Assembly: GCA_021613535.1 (NCBI GenBank)
Contig: CP075494.1
Coordinates: 2,728,001 to 2,792,000 of the forward strand
Length of the DNA: 64,000 bases
Direction of reading: 5' to 3'
Source of the DNA: Adineta vaga
Taxonomy: Eukaryota > Animalia > Rotifera
Shown here in pieces: positions 1-14,465 of this stretch (position 1 is the first letter of the stretch; every line of letters begins with the position of its first letter). The position numbers and the translations under genes are program-made. Below the pieces are notes generated by a model. The model was not told the DNA's origin and did no database searches. It was given only the letters and a program-made list of their open reading frames with translations.

Positions 1-3000
1 GAGTTGAATGACATTCTGTTGGAGCTAGATTAATATCACATGATGATTGATTCAGAAGTATATCGATTATTTTCATGTCTTTGAAATGAATTGCTTCTAA
101 TAACGGTGTTCGTCGTGTTACTGGATGAATAGCATTGACTTTTTTTGTTTTATCAAGAAATATTTCTAATGGATGTTCGTTTGTTTGTATTTGAGATGAA
201 ACTGAACGTAATAAATAGAAAATATGTGTTTCATCAATATTTGAAGTTTCTTCATCGATCATTTCGAAACAAAATCGAATCATTTTAACAGTCGATTGAT
301 AGGATTGAATTCCATAATATGCGTTACTATATGAATTTTCTCGACAACCTTGATCAAATTTGGAAAGACAATACATTAGCGGTTTTTGACTTTGATTATC
401 GGCAATTTGACACATTTTTTTCATTTCATCAGTGACAGGTAAACTCAAAAATATTTGAATAAGCCGATAATCATCACAATTCATTGCAAAATAATGTAAG
501 AATGTTTTTCCATCATAATCAACATCAGAATTCAATTCAGGTTTAACTTGATTAAGAAAAAAATCGAGAAGAATATAATTTTTCGATTTAACTGCAAGCA
601 TCAATGGTGTTTCAGCTTTATTATCTAATTGAAAAGGATTACATTGATGATCGAGTAATATTTGAGCCATACGACAAAGAATTTTTTTCAACTCTACTTC
701 ATTTTCTCCACTCGATCTTTGTCCAGCTCGATTAACTGCTAAATAATGAAATGCATTTTTACCGTTGATATCAACACAGATACAATCAGCATTATGTTTT
801 TCAACAACATATTCCAATTGTTGAACAGAGAATGATGAAATTTCTAAACCAACTGTAATCATTACTAATGTTAGTCCTTCATCAGTTTTAAAATTCACAT
901 CAGCTTGATGTTCTGTTAGAAGATAATCACAAATGCCAAAATGTCCTTTGAAAAAACCAACTCCAAGACATGTTGTTTGCCAACAATTAATACGATTTAA
1001 ATCAGCTCCAGCTTCCATCAATAATCGAACAGAAAAATACCATCCATAAGCAACAGCATAATGTAAAGCTGCGTTCATTGATGAATCAAATACATTTACA
1101 TTCGCTCCCATACGAAGTAAATGTGAAACAATATGAGCATTGCCATACACACACGCATGAATCAATGGTGTACGTTTGAAACGATCACGTGATTCAACTT
1201 TGCCTCCATTTTCAATTAAATACAGGACAAAATTCAAATATCCCTTTTGACACGCTAACATCAATGGTGTCAATTTCTCAGTCGAGATACTTGTGAATAC
1301 GTCGATTTTTGCACCAAATTTCAACAATATTTTGACACATTCCTAAAACAATAGACACAAATTTAACTTTAATCATTAAGAAAAACTTGACGTACTAAAT
1401 GATTATTCAACACAGCTAAATGAAGAGGAGAATATCGAGATTTATTCAGTTTATCAATCGATGCCAGTCCGAATTGCTCATATACTAACTGTTCATTAGC
1501 ATCATTCGATTCAGCTTTTTCTTTAGCTGTACGTAATAATAATTCGACATTATCAGCACGACCATTGGTTACAGCGATATGCAATGGTGAATTACCATCC
1601 TTATCAACATTGTTTAAATTTGTATTTCTAATAAATAATAGAGTTCAAGAAAAAAAAATCTGCCGTTTTTTCTGTTACTTCGATAAAAGATATTCCAATG
1701 GTTCTGTTCCTTCACACACAGCAGCATAATGAATGGGTCGTCGTTGATATTGATCGGCAATATTATATTCAGCAACGTTTGCCAATAATTGTTTCAAATA
1801 TTTAGTATTCGGATTAATAGCAGCACAATGAATGGGTGTAATCTAAAACAAAATGTGAAAATTTCTTCTAAAAACAAACAGACAAAATCGTACTAGACAA
1901 TTTGCTTTTGTCTTTTCAATAACATCACAAGGACTATTGATAACTAAATCTTCGTGATCAAATAGAAGAATCTACAAGGAATAAAATAATATCATAGAAC
2001 TCTTTCATATCGAACAGTAACGAGAGAAAGAATCTCTGATTTTATACTTCACGATGAAGTCGAGTAAATCCATATTTGATATTGGTTCCCATATCATCGA
2101 TGATACTAGCAGCTAATTTTCGATGACCAGCAACAATGCATTCCACGACATTATCATTAACTATATGACCCTAAAAAGAACGACCAAAATCATCGTTAAG
2201 ATCTATCGGCAAATGATCGTTTTGTTTACGTAAAAATTTTCCGAAAGTAAATTCAAAATTGCTCGTGAACAGTTATTTTTCATAGCATAGTGAAGAACTT
2301 CTTCACCATAACCACGAGAAATAACTTCGATTCTATCCTAAATAGAATTGATTATAACTAAATCAAATGATTTATTTTGTACTTTAATCAATGCATCGTT
2401 GCCTTCACGTGCACCACGACTCGCCATGATCTTCGCTGTTCGAAAACCCAATGTACGAATACTTGCACTAGAGAAAAAGACTTTTTTTTATCTATTGAGG
2501 TTATTTTACTATTTACTGTCCGGTATCCTGTTTTTTCATTGTCACTTGTGGAAAAGGACATCGATCATCTTTAGGTTTAAGTAAATCATCTACTAATATT
2601 TGAAGTAAATCAATATTATTATCTTTAATTGCATAATGAATCGCTGTGAGACTTCCGGGTAAATCCCGGCGGATGTGAACCTAAAGAAAAACGTTCAATG
2701 CTAATGATAAAATTCTTTTCCTTACCGAAGAAACTCGATCAACATCATTAATAAGACTTTTTAATAAAATCGGATCATTTCGAAGTACGGCACGTATAGC
2801 TAATTTACTCTGAACACTTGACGATATAAATGGAACAGGTAAACTAAACAAATCAATGATGATTGATGATTTTCGTTATTTTTTCTTTTTACTTGTCTTC
2901 AAAAAATGGTTCGATTTCATAGTTCGTTAACGTTGGATTTTCTTTGAGGAAACGATTACTTTGCACTTTGAATAATTTTGCTGTTGATATGGTGACAGGT

Positions 3001-3925
3001 TTTGTTGATCCTAAAGAGAGAAAATATTTCAATCTGTTTTTTTTCTTTGATGATTGTTCTTCACGTTGGAAAACTTCATCAATATCTTTGGTACGTCGTC
3101 GTTTTCGTATCGCTATGAACAAAAAATATATAGAATGAAATTAGTCAATTGATGATCATTTACGTGCAGCTTCACCACTGATGACTCGTTTTCGTGTTTT
3201 TTGACCTGCTGAAATTGATTTTCTTAATAAACGTTTTATTTCGATAATATCGTTTTTTCTTAATGAAATTGTTTTATCGGCATAATGAATAACATATTCT
3301 ATTCCAGTAAGAATTGTCTGTGGAACAAGTATATCTTCATAATCAAGTTTGAAACGTGTATTTTCATCAATGTTTTTTTCATCACCATTTTCATCAACAA
3401 ATGAACACCATCGAATACGAATTCGTTTTGTATGATTAAATACATTTTCAAGAACCTGACAAAGATAAAATGAATCTGCAGGACTTCGACATGTTAGAAA
3501 TGTTTTCTTTCGATAAAGAAGTTTTCGAAAATTCGTCGCATGTTCAGATTCCGATGTCGAGCCACTTTCATCATCATCATCGTCATCATCATCTGTAGTT
3601 TGATCGAATTGTTGTTTAGTTACATGACGATCGATCGGAGCAATCTGAACGATAAACAAAAACGAATGGCAGCAGAGTCAAACGAAACTGTTGTCACTTA
3701 CATTCCAATAGCTTCCATTTAGTCCTGTGCCACCAAGTGTTTTTTCAATACTATCGGAGGTTGTTGATCGATTCTGTTTCTGAAATAGAAGATTTTATTC
3801 GTATGCACTGACACGAATATGCTTACTCGTTTTGTAGGAGTCGTTTTCTCCCGTTGAGCCTTTTTCGTCGGAGATACGAGTAATTTTTCGTCTCCTCTCC
3901 TTTTTACTGCACCATGTGTATTCAT
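1..3925 (-). CDS. Multi-exon ankyrin-repeat protein, tankyrase/PME-5-like PARP family; 3' part runs off the window start
   Basis: Short GT-AG introns join exons carrying many ankyrin repeats (SPLHIAV, SPLHLAV, TPLMLAC, TPLIHAC, ALHYAVAYGW). The N-terminal FYLCQVLENVF..IRIRW and SRGAREGNDAL segments resemble invertebrate tankyrase-like PARPs (recalled). The catalytic domain is not in the window. Confidence 0.7.
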
Positions 3926-4273
3926 AGTCAGTCTATTATATGTAGAAAAAATTTGATTATTCATATTTTAGGAGAACACACATCAAGGACGCATCTTACG
4001 TTAAATTTCAATGAATTGTTGCTTTTTCTTTCAGATAAAAATGATTACCAAAATGAATAAAGTACCCGGTAGGCTGCAAATCTCTCTCTATATATACAAG
4101 TAAAGCACAGAATAGAACAATATAAAAACACATTCATTTCACAACTGTGGTGAAATTATTTATCTCTCTCGCTCAAGGTGACGATGCTTTTTGACGGACG
4201 AGGAATGTGAGTGTGGGCCCTTATCAACCGCCTATAAAACACCTGTGACAGGACTTCAATCAATCATTGATAT

Positions 4274-4336
4274 TGGGTGAGAGTGTGAGTGAGGGTGGAT
4301 GTACTGAGGCTATGCTCTTAACCCACACCCTCAAGA
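4274..4336. repeat. Telomere-motif palindromic short element, copy 1
   Basis: TGGGTGAGAGTGTGAGTGAGGGTGG ... ACCCACACCCTCAAGA; right half matches the 15842-15894 copy at 30/33 nt. Confidence 0.7.
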
Positions 4337-5176
4337 TTTATTATTCATATTTTAGATATTAAAGTAAAAACAAACAAACTATATGTTTGCAATTTACATT
4401 TATCTCAAATGGCTGACCAAATCCATGACTCTACTAAAACGCACATCTGATCATCATCTGATGGCGAAGTAGAGAAAGAAAGTCGTTATTGGACGAACAA
4501 ATATCTTATTATCATAAACAAACACAAAGTCTCAAGACTCTTGATTCGAACAGGGTTCCTTATTTCATTCATAATATGTGTTGGGACCCTATCAATCGAG
4601 ATGAACGTCGACAGGCTTATTATTACATAGAAAAATCTCTTTCAATTCGACGTCAAATGGCTAAACACAATCATATTCTACGACCAGTTTACAAAAGCAT
4701 TGACTATCATTTAGATTAAATACAAACTTTTCAAGAGAAAGTATCCCGATTCATGAGTTTTCAAACTCACTTGTTCATATTCGGATGAAAATCAAAATCA
4801 TTTAACTAATATCCTTGAAAGAGTCGAAACAAAATTGAACAATTTATTTCAGTCTAAATCTATTACTGAAACATAATATATGACTATGAACATCAATCAA
4901 TTATCACAACGAACGAATTATTTATATTTTGTGTCCGAAAAGCATAAAGTACGTGTCTTTTTTGTTAATTTAATCCTATTTTTTGTTTTGATATATATAT
5001 ATATATATAGAGAGAGAGAAAAGAATACCACATGGACTAATAATGGATGCACTTGTTTTGCTCGTCGTCTTCTCGGATTAAGTTTTAATAATGCAATTCA
5101 CTGTAAGAAAATCTAACAAACATGTTGGTGCTATATAGGCATAACTTTTCATTATAGTATTTAAGATTGAACTTCA

Positions 5177-5520
5177 TACAGTGTACTACTTTTCAAAATT
5201 TATCTTCATTCGAAACGATCGTCGTAAGTAGCTTGAAATCCACTTATATACTTACCCTCAAGACTTCAATAATTCCACTTTGAAAACTTTTTTCTCAAAA
5301 ACCGTATATCTGTTCGACCGGCTGAAAAAATGGAATAATTGAAGTCTAAACGAATAAGCAACATCACCACCATGATACTCAGCGTAGTCGATTATCTGTA
5401 GGAAACGTCTCTTGATGTCGGCTTTCGATCAGTAAAAGCTACAAGTCTGCAGCTCTTTTCATAAGAAAAACTATTAAAAAGAACTGGAGTATGTTTAATT
5501 TTGAAAAAATGTACTACAGA
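5177..5520. mobile_element. Putative non-autonomous DNA transposon (MITE)
   Basis: Imperfect terminal inverted repeats GTGTACTACTTTTCAAAATTTA / TTAATTTTGAAAAAATGTACTAC around a non-coding interior. Confidence 0.4.
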
Positions 5521-6226
5521 ATTCATTAGAATGTTTAGCAGCCATAAGTTTGGCCCATTATTAGGCTACTTGTGTAATATATGACAAAAACGTGTTTATA
5601 TTTTATGGTATTTGCATTAGTCAACGGAAAGGTAAAAAACCATTTAAATAAGTTTTTAACCCTTTTTTATCTTTTAAAGTGCAGCGAAAGGTAAGTTCAC
5701 AAAAAAGGAAATTACGAAAATCTATTCTCTTCGTCACTTTTTTTTGTGTATGAGTCAGTTGAAAGTGTGTATTGCACAATCATCAAAAGAATTCGGCAAT
5801 TGTGTTCTTTCGAAATTATATTAAAGGCGTTGTAGTATATTTACATCTCACTAATTTTTGAATAACTTCGTTATTTCAAGAGATATAGTCCTGTAGTTTT
5901 TTAATCGAAAGCGAACGCCTACGAGTAACTTTTCGCAAATAGAACTAGGTTTTGGACATGTTTTAATAGTCAGTTTTTCAGCTTTTGATTTAAAAATTGG
6001 TGAGATGTATTTTACAGGATGGCTCAAGAGTTATGCACCAACAAGAAAATTGAATATCTCTACAATGGTCCGAACCAACGAGCTAATTCTTGTTTTATAT
6101 CCTATCTGTGAAAAAGTAAATTTTATCTTGTTGGTGCGAAAATTTTGACCCTCCCTCCTGTATTCCATTGATAAAGCTGAAAACTTCTATGCTTGTTTTA
6201 GAATTGTTGACATCCCTCGCTTGAAA

Positions 6227-8032
6227 ATGGCTGAGAACATCGCAGAATGCGACGTGACACAACAACTTTTGGACATGTTTTACGAGATTAGAACGACACT
6301 GAGAGAGAACGAAATCCAAATTCCCCAAAATTTTCCTATCATCGAAATCGATACCAATCTAAGTTGCGAACTCAATTGTTTGGGGTGCACGCAATTTGAA
6401 GACGGCATGGTTCGTTGCATTCAAATGCTTCTCAAAAAACCCGGAACCGATGTGTTTTACTCCAAAGAAGCTCTGATTGCAACGCTTCTTCACGAATTTG
6501 CACATTGCATTACTCCTCCAACGATCGAAGACCATCATTCGAAACTCTTTTACTCCAACTTCGAGAAAATTCTCAGGTAAGATTTGACAGTATTTTCGGC
6601 CTATTCCACTGAATCTCACAATGGAACTGTACTGTTGAACAAAATGGACAAACATTCACTGAGAAGCTCACGAATTTAAAATATGACGTGCTGATGGAGT
6701 GCCTGGATAGAGATCCTCTTTCATAGGGCTTGAACAACATCGTGTTTTATCCTTATAACAGTGGAGAAAACCTTTCCTAATTCAACTTTATATTTAAATT
6801 TCCTGGATCTTGAAATTCAAGGATCTCTGACCAGGCACTCCATAAAATGTGATATTTTAGATTCATGAGTTTCTCAGTCAATGTGATCATTTGCACTTGA
6901 CCCGGTCGTCCATCTCGCTCAACAGTACAGACCGTTCCATTTCTGGACAAGTTTTTCCTAACAAGCTGATTTAGGATATTCATATGAAAAGTGCTATGGT
7001 GACTGTTTTGTTTAGAAAGGCTTGCTTTTTCAACTCTACTATGATTCGCGTTGATTAATTCCTTACAACCGGTTTAATTTAGCAGAGTGACGAACCACAT
7101 TTTTCGACTTAGATGCATTGTGACTTACGAAGCATCTACAGTTTGTGTCGCTCAAATGAAACATGCATCTCGAAAGACAGCGAGTAACTCACGGTCTTTC
7201 TAATTTATATATATATATATTGTTTGGATTTTTAAGTTATATTCACGAAAAACTGATAGTGACAAACGATAGGGCCTTCACGAATAAAATGTTACGACTA
7301 TTTAGGGTTTTTTCAGCAAAGTGTAAAATCATTTCGCACAATATTTGGAATTAGCTGCCAAAATCTTTCACAATATGGTGTCCCAAAGGTTCTCAATTGT
7401 TTCTGAAAATAATGAGGACGAATACGGAGACATGGAAAAATTTTGAAAACTAGACTAGAAACTATCCTACTACATTTAACTGCAAAACATGCATACCGAA
7501 AACACTACTGTGGGACTCAAGGGGTTGAATAATGGGACAATAAAATTGAAAATGATAGCTTTTTTTTATCGAAAGGAGAGTATTACGTATTGGAAATCTT
7601 ATGGAATAGTTCTATTTTCTCATCTTCGATCATCACGACGATAAATACCTTTCACGTTTGCTTTCTAGAGTCGCCGAGCTGAAAGAAATCTTTATTCTGC
7701 CTACAAAAGCAAACAAATTCACTTATCACAATCTTCGTAGATTCGATGCCGTTGATTTAGGTGTTGCTCCTCCAAGTTCTTGTGGCTATTCACCCCTGTA
7801 TAATCCATCCAAGACGAATTTTGATTCGCTTAGAATTGTCGTCATTGGACCAAATCACAAACAAAAATTAATTACTTTGTCTCATGATGAGAAAACTCTT
7901 CCGAGTCTCTCTGAGTTGATCAAACAGAAATTTCAGCTTAAACCGAAGACAATTATTCTTCCTGGAGGAGAAAAACTCACAAATGAAATTCTTCAAACGC
8001 TACCAATCGAATTAACTCTTCACTTCTCTTAA
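6227..8032 (+). CDS. WLM (Wss1-like)/SprT-like zinc metalloprotease with possible C-terminal ubiquitin-like fold; exons 6227-6576 and 7669-8032
   Basis: HExxH motif ATLLHEFAHC followed by DHHSKLFY (third His ligand). The splice AG|gtaaga...ttctag|A joins ORF 6221 and ORF 7658 in frame (ILR-VAELKE). Confidence 0.7.
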
Positions 8033-8127
8033 CGATTACGAAACAAAAAATAGAGGCATGTGAATAGGAGTGGTTAAGAAAACCTACGATAAAATTGAAT
8101 TTGTAATTTATAACATGTTATATCTAA

Positions 8128-8187
8128 TTGAGAGTTAGGATGTGGGTGAATGTGGGTGAGAAAAGAAAGAACACCCACACTCTCGAA
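8128..8187. repeat. Telomere-motif palindromic short element, copy 2
   Basis: TTGAGAG..TGTGGGTGAATGTGGGTG ... CACCCACACTCTCGAA. Confidence 0.65.
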
Positions 8188-8764
8188 TGAGTTTTATAGA
8201 GAATTAGATTCAGAGCATCATACGACACGCTTCGACAGTCATTGTTACATATCTATACTTATACTTCGATTATTCTTCTATAACTTGTTCGTCCATTCTC
8301 TTTCTATATGTCATTCGTCGAGATTGTCCGTGCTTCATCATGTCACTGATATTCTCAACACCTTGAAGTATACTTTTGTTGTCTTTATATTATATTCATC
8401 CGTTTTGTTTCATGCAGAAGCTCTCCATACAATCGCTTTTTATAGAAATAGAACCGAAAACGAATGGAAAGCAAAACTTATCTTTTATCCTTTTTAGCAC
8501 AAATCTAAACAGAATGAAATATCATCGTTATTTCAAGAATCATGTGAATCGATTGTTTATGTAAAACGAAAAAATGATTTATCAATGCATTCAAGATCTG
8601 CATGTCTATGACGTTCCTATAGGAACAATATGAAAATAGATATTATCGAAAATAAAGTTGATTAAAAGTTTTTGCATAATCAGAATAAGATATAATTGAA
8701 CAGATAGTAAATTTGTATTGAAAATAATCATAATGAAATGAGTTAAATAAAGTTTGTAATTAAC

Positions 8765-11700
8765 CTGACGATAAACAATGTGTTTTATAATGATCTGTTA
8801 ATGGTCCAACCTATTTGAATAAGGAGAAGAAAAAAAAGAGACATTACGACTTAGAAAAATAGTAATTCTTGTTTACAAACCATAAAACCATTTGATATCC
8901 ATTGATTATTTGAATGAAGATAAAAACAAGATGAAAGATATAATCTCAAATAATAATTTGACGTAAATGAAACTGATTCAGTAAATATTGAAATATTTCT
9001 TTTATTTAAACAGAATTCATTCGTTTCTAAAATAGTTAATTGACGAATTCCATAGATAATACTTTGATGAGATGATGATTGTATTTGATTTATCATATGA
9101 AAATATTTGTTATTCGATGAAGAATCTTTAATAGAGAAATACAATAATAATCAGAATAATCTTTCGTTTTACTTGATGAACAAAATAATTTCGATCCATG
9201 AACATTATTGATCGAATTGATTGTTAAAGATATTTGATTCAAACGATAAATCAATAAATATGAAAGATTTTTATCTAAACTTAACATTTCTAAATGAATT
9301 GAATAAGAAATATTTTCATTTAAATTTGTTAAATTCATTAAATGAAAATGAAAAAATTGATTTGTTTGATAACTTCTTTCTTGAACATTTTGTAGAAACA
9401 TCGATGAAATTGGTACATTTGGATCACGAAAAATAAAAAATTCCGTAGAATTATTATTTTCTAAGATTTCTTTTCCATTTTCATCAAAAATCGATAAAGT
9501 ATATAATCGAGAATAATTTGTATTTGAAGATAATGTTTGATCAGTGAAGAAAGCTAGTGGTTGAATTATACGCTATAAAGAATTTATTTCAAGATTTTTT
9601 ATTTATTATTAAAAACAATTAAAGTTTTACTTGACGATAAATTATTTGCGATTCATTTTCAAATGACCAAGATCGAACTTTTTCAAGAATAAAATCAATT
9701 GATGTCGTTTCAAAATGAATTTTTTCGTTAAAAGTAAGATGACGGGATAATAACAATGTTATTAAATCAATAATTTCTTCATTTTCATTCAAAAGAGTTT
9801 TTGCCTAAACATAAAAAAATCGTTTCACAGTAAAATTTCGGTTTAAGGATACTTTCTCATCATGAGCATCTCTCTATACTGAGTAGTGTCCAATAGATAT
9901 TAATCACTTCGTTGAGGGTAATGGACAGTTAGAATACATGAAGAATAGACTCTACATACTGTACTGTAAATCTCTATCGTAATTCCGATATTGACCATAT
10001 TAGAAAGATTTTTCTGTTTTTCTAAAAAGAAATAATTTTCTCACAATTTCTTTTTGATAATTGAAATGTTTTGTTTGTTCATCATCATCATCGTTATTTA
10101 TGATTAATTGAATCCATAAAGAACATTTGTTAAATAATGTACAATGATTTAATATCTTAGAGAATTCAATAAGATCATTTTCGAGAATATTCATACGTTT
10201 TTGTAAAGGTCCATTGATTGCCTAAATGAGATTCTTATCAAACAAAGATTTGAAATAGAAAAAAATTCATTTTTACTGTTAAGACATTACTTGTACATTG
10301 AAGTAAATTCTTTGATATATATTGTATATCTTCATAAGAAACTTGTTGAAATATATTTCTTAAATATTTTGTCGATTGTAAACATCGTTTTGATACGATA
10401 ATCTATTTAAAATTATGATTATTAATAAGCGTCTAATATCACTTACTGATGCTATTCGAGTTAATTGATTTGTTGTTTGAGTAAGTTTTGAAAGAATAGT
10501 TGTTTGAAATTTCAAATCGGTTAATGTTTCAATTGACCAAAGATTGACTAATTTAATCATATACTCACGAAGATTTGCATATCGATTTATATCATTCATT
10601 GATAAAGTATTGCTCGAATTTTTCATCTAAATTTTAATGAAAAGAAATCAATTGAAAATTCTCTTCGGATTCTTTACTGAATTCATTGGATCAGTATTTA
10701 GTGGTGTTACAAACAGGATTTTATCTTTAAAAGAAAACGAATGAAAAGATCAAGATTTTTTTCTTCAATAATTGATCAATTTACTAATAAGTATTGATAA
10801 TTGAATATGTTCATCGAGAATTTCAATAAGAGAAAACATCATTTGTCCTGCTTGATATTTATCTTTATCTTTAAGAATATTATCAAATAGTGTTAAATTC
10901 ATTAATAATGATTGATTTCCATAAATCTTCACTTTAGGTAAGACAAAATCTGTTGAACAATCGAATGTATCACGTATTTGAACCATCAAAGATACAAATA
11001 CATTTGAATGAATACTTGTACCTATTCGAATTTCAATTTGATTGTTTGTTGTTTGACTTAAAATTTGCCATTCGATTGAATTATTTGTTTTAACTATAAA
11101 AGAAAGAAATTATTTGAAATGAAAATTAATAAAAATTCTTTACCATAGACTGAATAATCTTTAATTTGATCTTGATCAAACCAATCATTACAAATAATAG
11201 TAAATAAAGTAAAAATTGTTCCTGATAATGGAGAAATCGAACAATTTCCATTTTGTGGTTGATCATTTATTTGAATAAAAAAATCTTCTTTAAGATTAGA
11301 TGAAGAAATTGATTGAATTTGCCAATATTTTATTTGATTATTCTCACGAAAAAACATTTTACTAATTGTTAAATTCTCTTCTGTTGAACCTAATTAACAG
11401 AAGAAAAAAAGAAATTTGAACTCGACAAATGTTGGATTCTATCATCCATTACTAACAGTCTCTCATTACTGATAACCCTAAGTTTAGAAGACTCTTTGTC
11501 AAGTTTTAATCTACCTATCAGATATGCCCACGGCGCGGCAGTGATACATTCTCAAACACGATGGACATATCTGATCTATGTGAGTTGTAGATTTTAGAAA
11601 CAGAGATATTGCCCTGAAAATATCTTTACCGTTAAACCATAAAGAATTAGAATGGTTAAATAAATTCCACTGAATTGCTGATTGATTATTTGAATATTGA

Positions 11701-14465
11701 ATTCCTTGAAAGATTTTCCAATTAATATGAATATGTAATGAACAATTATTTATACAAGAAGAATAAAGTGTTAATTGTCTTGTTGGATTAATATAATGAA
11801 AGGAATTGACAATTAAACACATTATTAAAACAAGACAACTAAATAAAGTTGTTGAAAAAAAATATTTTTTTCAAATAAATATTTACTTTATTGTTAGTTT
11901 TGGCAGAGGATTTTCGATGATTTGAACATTTAAATAATTAAGATATTGATTTGATTGTGTTTCTCGATCAATTATTTGTAAAAGAAATTCATAAGTTTGA
12001 TTGATTCGAAATGCTCGAGAAGAGATAATTAATGATGATTGAATTGTATCTTCTGATTTTATCAAATCTACGAAAGAAAAAAAAAGTAATAAAAAGAAAG
12101 AAAATCAAAAGAAACCTTTTTCATTTGAAAAACAGTTCGTTTGATCAATTAATTGAAAGATTTCATTTGATTGTTGACTTTTTCGACAATAATAAAGATA
12201 AATCCATCTCTAAATCATAAATATAATGTAATTCAATTGAGTTTCAAGTAAAAAATTTACTTGTCGATCAAAATTTAATCGATTTAAATCAAGAGAATAT
12301 TGACCAGGATTAAAAGAAAGATTTTTATAAAAAGAATGCTGAAGAAATATTTCATTGGATAAAATTAAATAAGGAAGAATTGTTAATGAAAAAATTTCCA
12401 ATTGAATTGATATAGATGTTTTTATATATGGAAATTCAATCATAATAACTGTTAATATGAATTGATATTGACCTTGAGAAAGAATTCCTGATGGAATAAA
12501 TAATTCACTTGATGTTGTATTTATTAGTTGATTTAAAAAGATTTCCTTTGAACAATTGAAATCACAATGAAAAATATTCCATTGAATTTTATATAAAGAT
12601 GATTGATGACAATGTAATTCAATGCTTGATGTTAGAAGAATTGGTTGATGACGATGATATTTCCATAATATTCTTGATGGAGTTAAATAAATCAATGGTG
12701 GTAAACAATCTAAATATTAAATTAAAAAAAACAAAAGAATCTTATCTTTTCATTACCACATCCTGTATTCATCAATTCAAATTTTTGTATTCGATCATTT
12801 CGTTCACCAATAACATATAAATTTCCATATGAATCAAATCGATTTGCATAAACCCATCCTAATTGATTTTCCGATAATTTGCTTTCATTTGTACAACCAA
12901 TAATACAACGATATTGATTATTTTGAATTCGAATAATCCGATGATTTCCATTATCTGTTATATAAATATAATTATTAAAATCAAGTATAACATCTGTTGA
13001 ATAATCTAATTGTAAACCATTTGGAATTCCTTTTCCTGCAATTGTTTCAGCAATAGTTTGATTGTAAGGAAAATATTGAATACGATGATTTCCACCATCA
13101 GCTACGTAAAGATTTCATTGCTTATCAACAAACATTCCACAAGGTTCATATAATTTTTCTGAATCTGATCCTGAAACACCGTTTCCTGCTCTCCAAATTT
13201 CTAATTTAGTATCAAGTGAAATTTTCATCACTCGACGACCAAATAAAACAGAACAATAAAGATTATTGGCCATATCAATAAATATTCCATAACAAGTACC
13301 AATAAATTTCGCTACAAAAGCACTTGTATTTGATTGAATTGACCATTTCTCAATTCGTCCAACTATATCTGCATGTTCATAATAAATATCACCATTGTCA
13401 GTAACAATAATTGATGTATGAGTCGACATTTTAACTTGTAAAATTCGAATTGGATCAATTTGATCTGGATTCCAAATAGTAATTTGTTGATTCGTGTAAT
13501 CACCTATATAGAGATTATTTTTATAATCAATAAATAAACTTCCAGGTCGAACATTAAACATTGTTAGATTTATAGACATTGTATTATGTTGATTCCATGT
13601 AGCATTGTCACAAAGAATAGGTAAATTGTAAATATCTATCAAGAATAATCTTTTTAAATTCAATCTTCAGATCAATCGTTCTATTCCGCATTGCTGAATA
13701 CACTGGAATCAGTTTCAATCGATTTCAGAAGGACGTACTAATTCCGAGAATAGACAGAAGCGGATTTCAGAAAATTCCACATTGCGGAATAGAAAGTATT
13801 GTCTATTCTGACAGTAATTACTAACTTGAATGACAAAATCTTAAATCTGGAGTTGAACACATACGTAATTCAATATCATCAATAGCAAAATCATTTCCAT
13901 TTGCCCCTGAAACAGATGAAATTATCAAAAGAACTACTGAACTAGTTGATGCTTGAAATGAAACAGCATGTTTTGACCAAGTCAATTTATCGTATGTTGG
14001 CAGATCACCTGTACTTGATTTTGCTAACAAATCACTTTCATTTGATAATGTTCGAACCTCGAATCGAATATTTGGTTTAATACCAGCATAATTTCTACTC
14101 AATACATTTGTTAGATATGCTGAAAATTCATAATTAGATTTAATACAAAGATTATTAATGATTATTCTGAAAAGTTGACGATCTGTATTGTGCACATCAT
14201 CGACTAGAAACATATATCCACCGTCATCATTTTCCGTATGATCTAAAGCACCTCTATGCCATGTAAAAGCACTATTGGGAATTACATTTACCAAACGAAA
14301 TGCTAAATTTGTTTCTGATAGTATGGAATATTGAAGATGTGGTATTGTATAATTAATATTGAAAGGAATTTTATTCGAATATGAATCTCGACCAGAACCG
14401 AATGTTATTAATAAGTCTTTGTCGGATATTTGTATCATTATCAAAACATAAACCAATAGATTCAA
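8765..14465 (-). pseudogene. Degenerate multi-exon receptor: N-terminal bacterial-type beta-sandwich/MAM-like domain + NHL repeats + REJ + GPS (polycystin-1/PKDREJ-like)
   Basis: NHL repeats (CYGIFIDMANNLYCS, LYVADGGNHRIQ); REJ motifs (INDQPQNGNCSISPLSG, CNDWFDQDQIKDYS, VQIRDTFDC); GPS-like SSCFYL...W.SNG..VGPLT...THCLSS. In-frame TGA at 13115-13117, broken frames at 9000-9400, and no PLAT or transmembrane exons follow. Confidence 0.7.
13679..13794. mobile_element. Small MITE (CTATTCCG TIR family) inside an intron
   Basis: TTCTATTCCGCA ... TGCGGAATAGAA terminal inverted repeats; same termini as the 50128-50328 element. Confidence 0.6.

Noticed and set aside
4409-4876. ORF fragments around 4489-4719
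   Set aside because: Interrupted by stops with no recognisable motif; possibly a decayed gene but unassignable.
6600-7560. ORFs 6359, 6415, 6777 and 7163 in or around the protease intron
   Set aside because: Intronic or antisense; may include a decayed TE fragment, but no diagnostic motif was seen.
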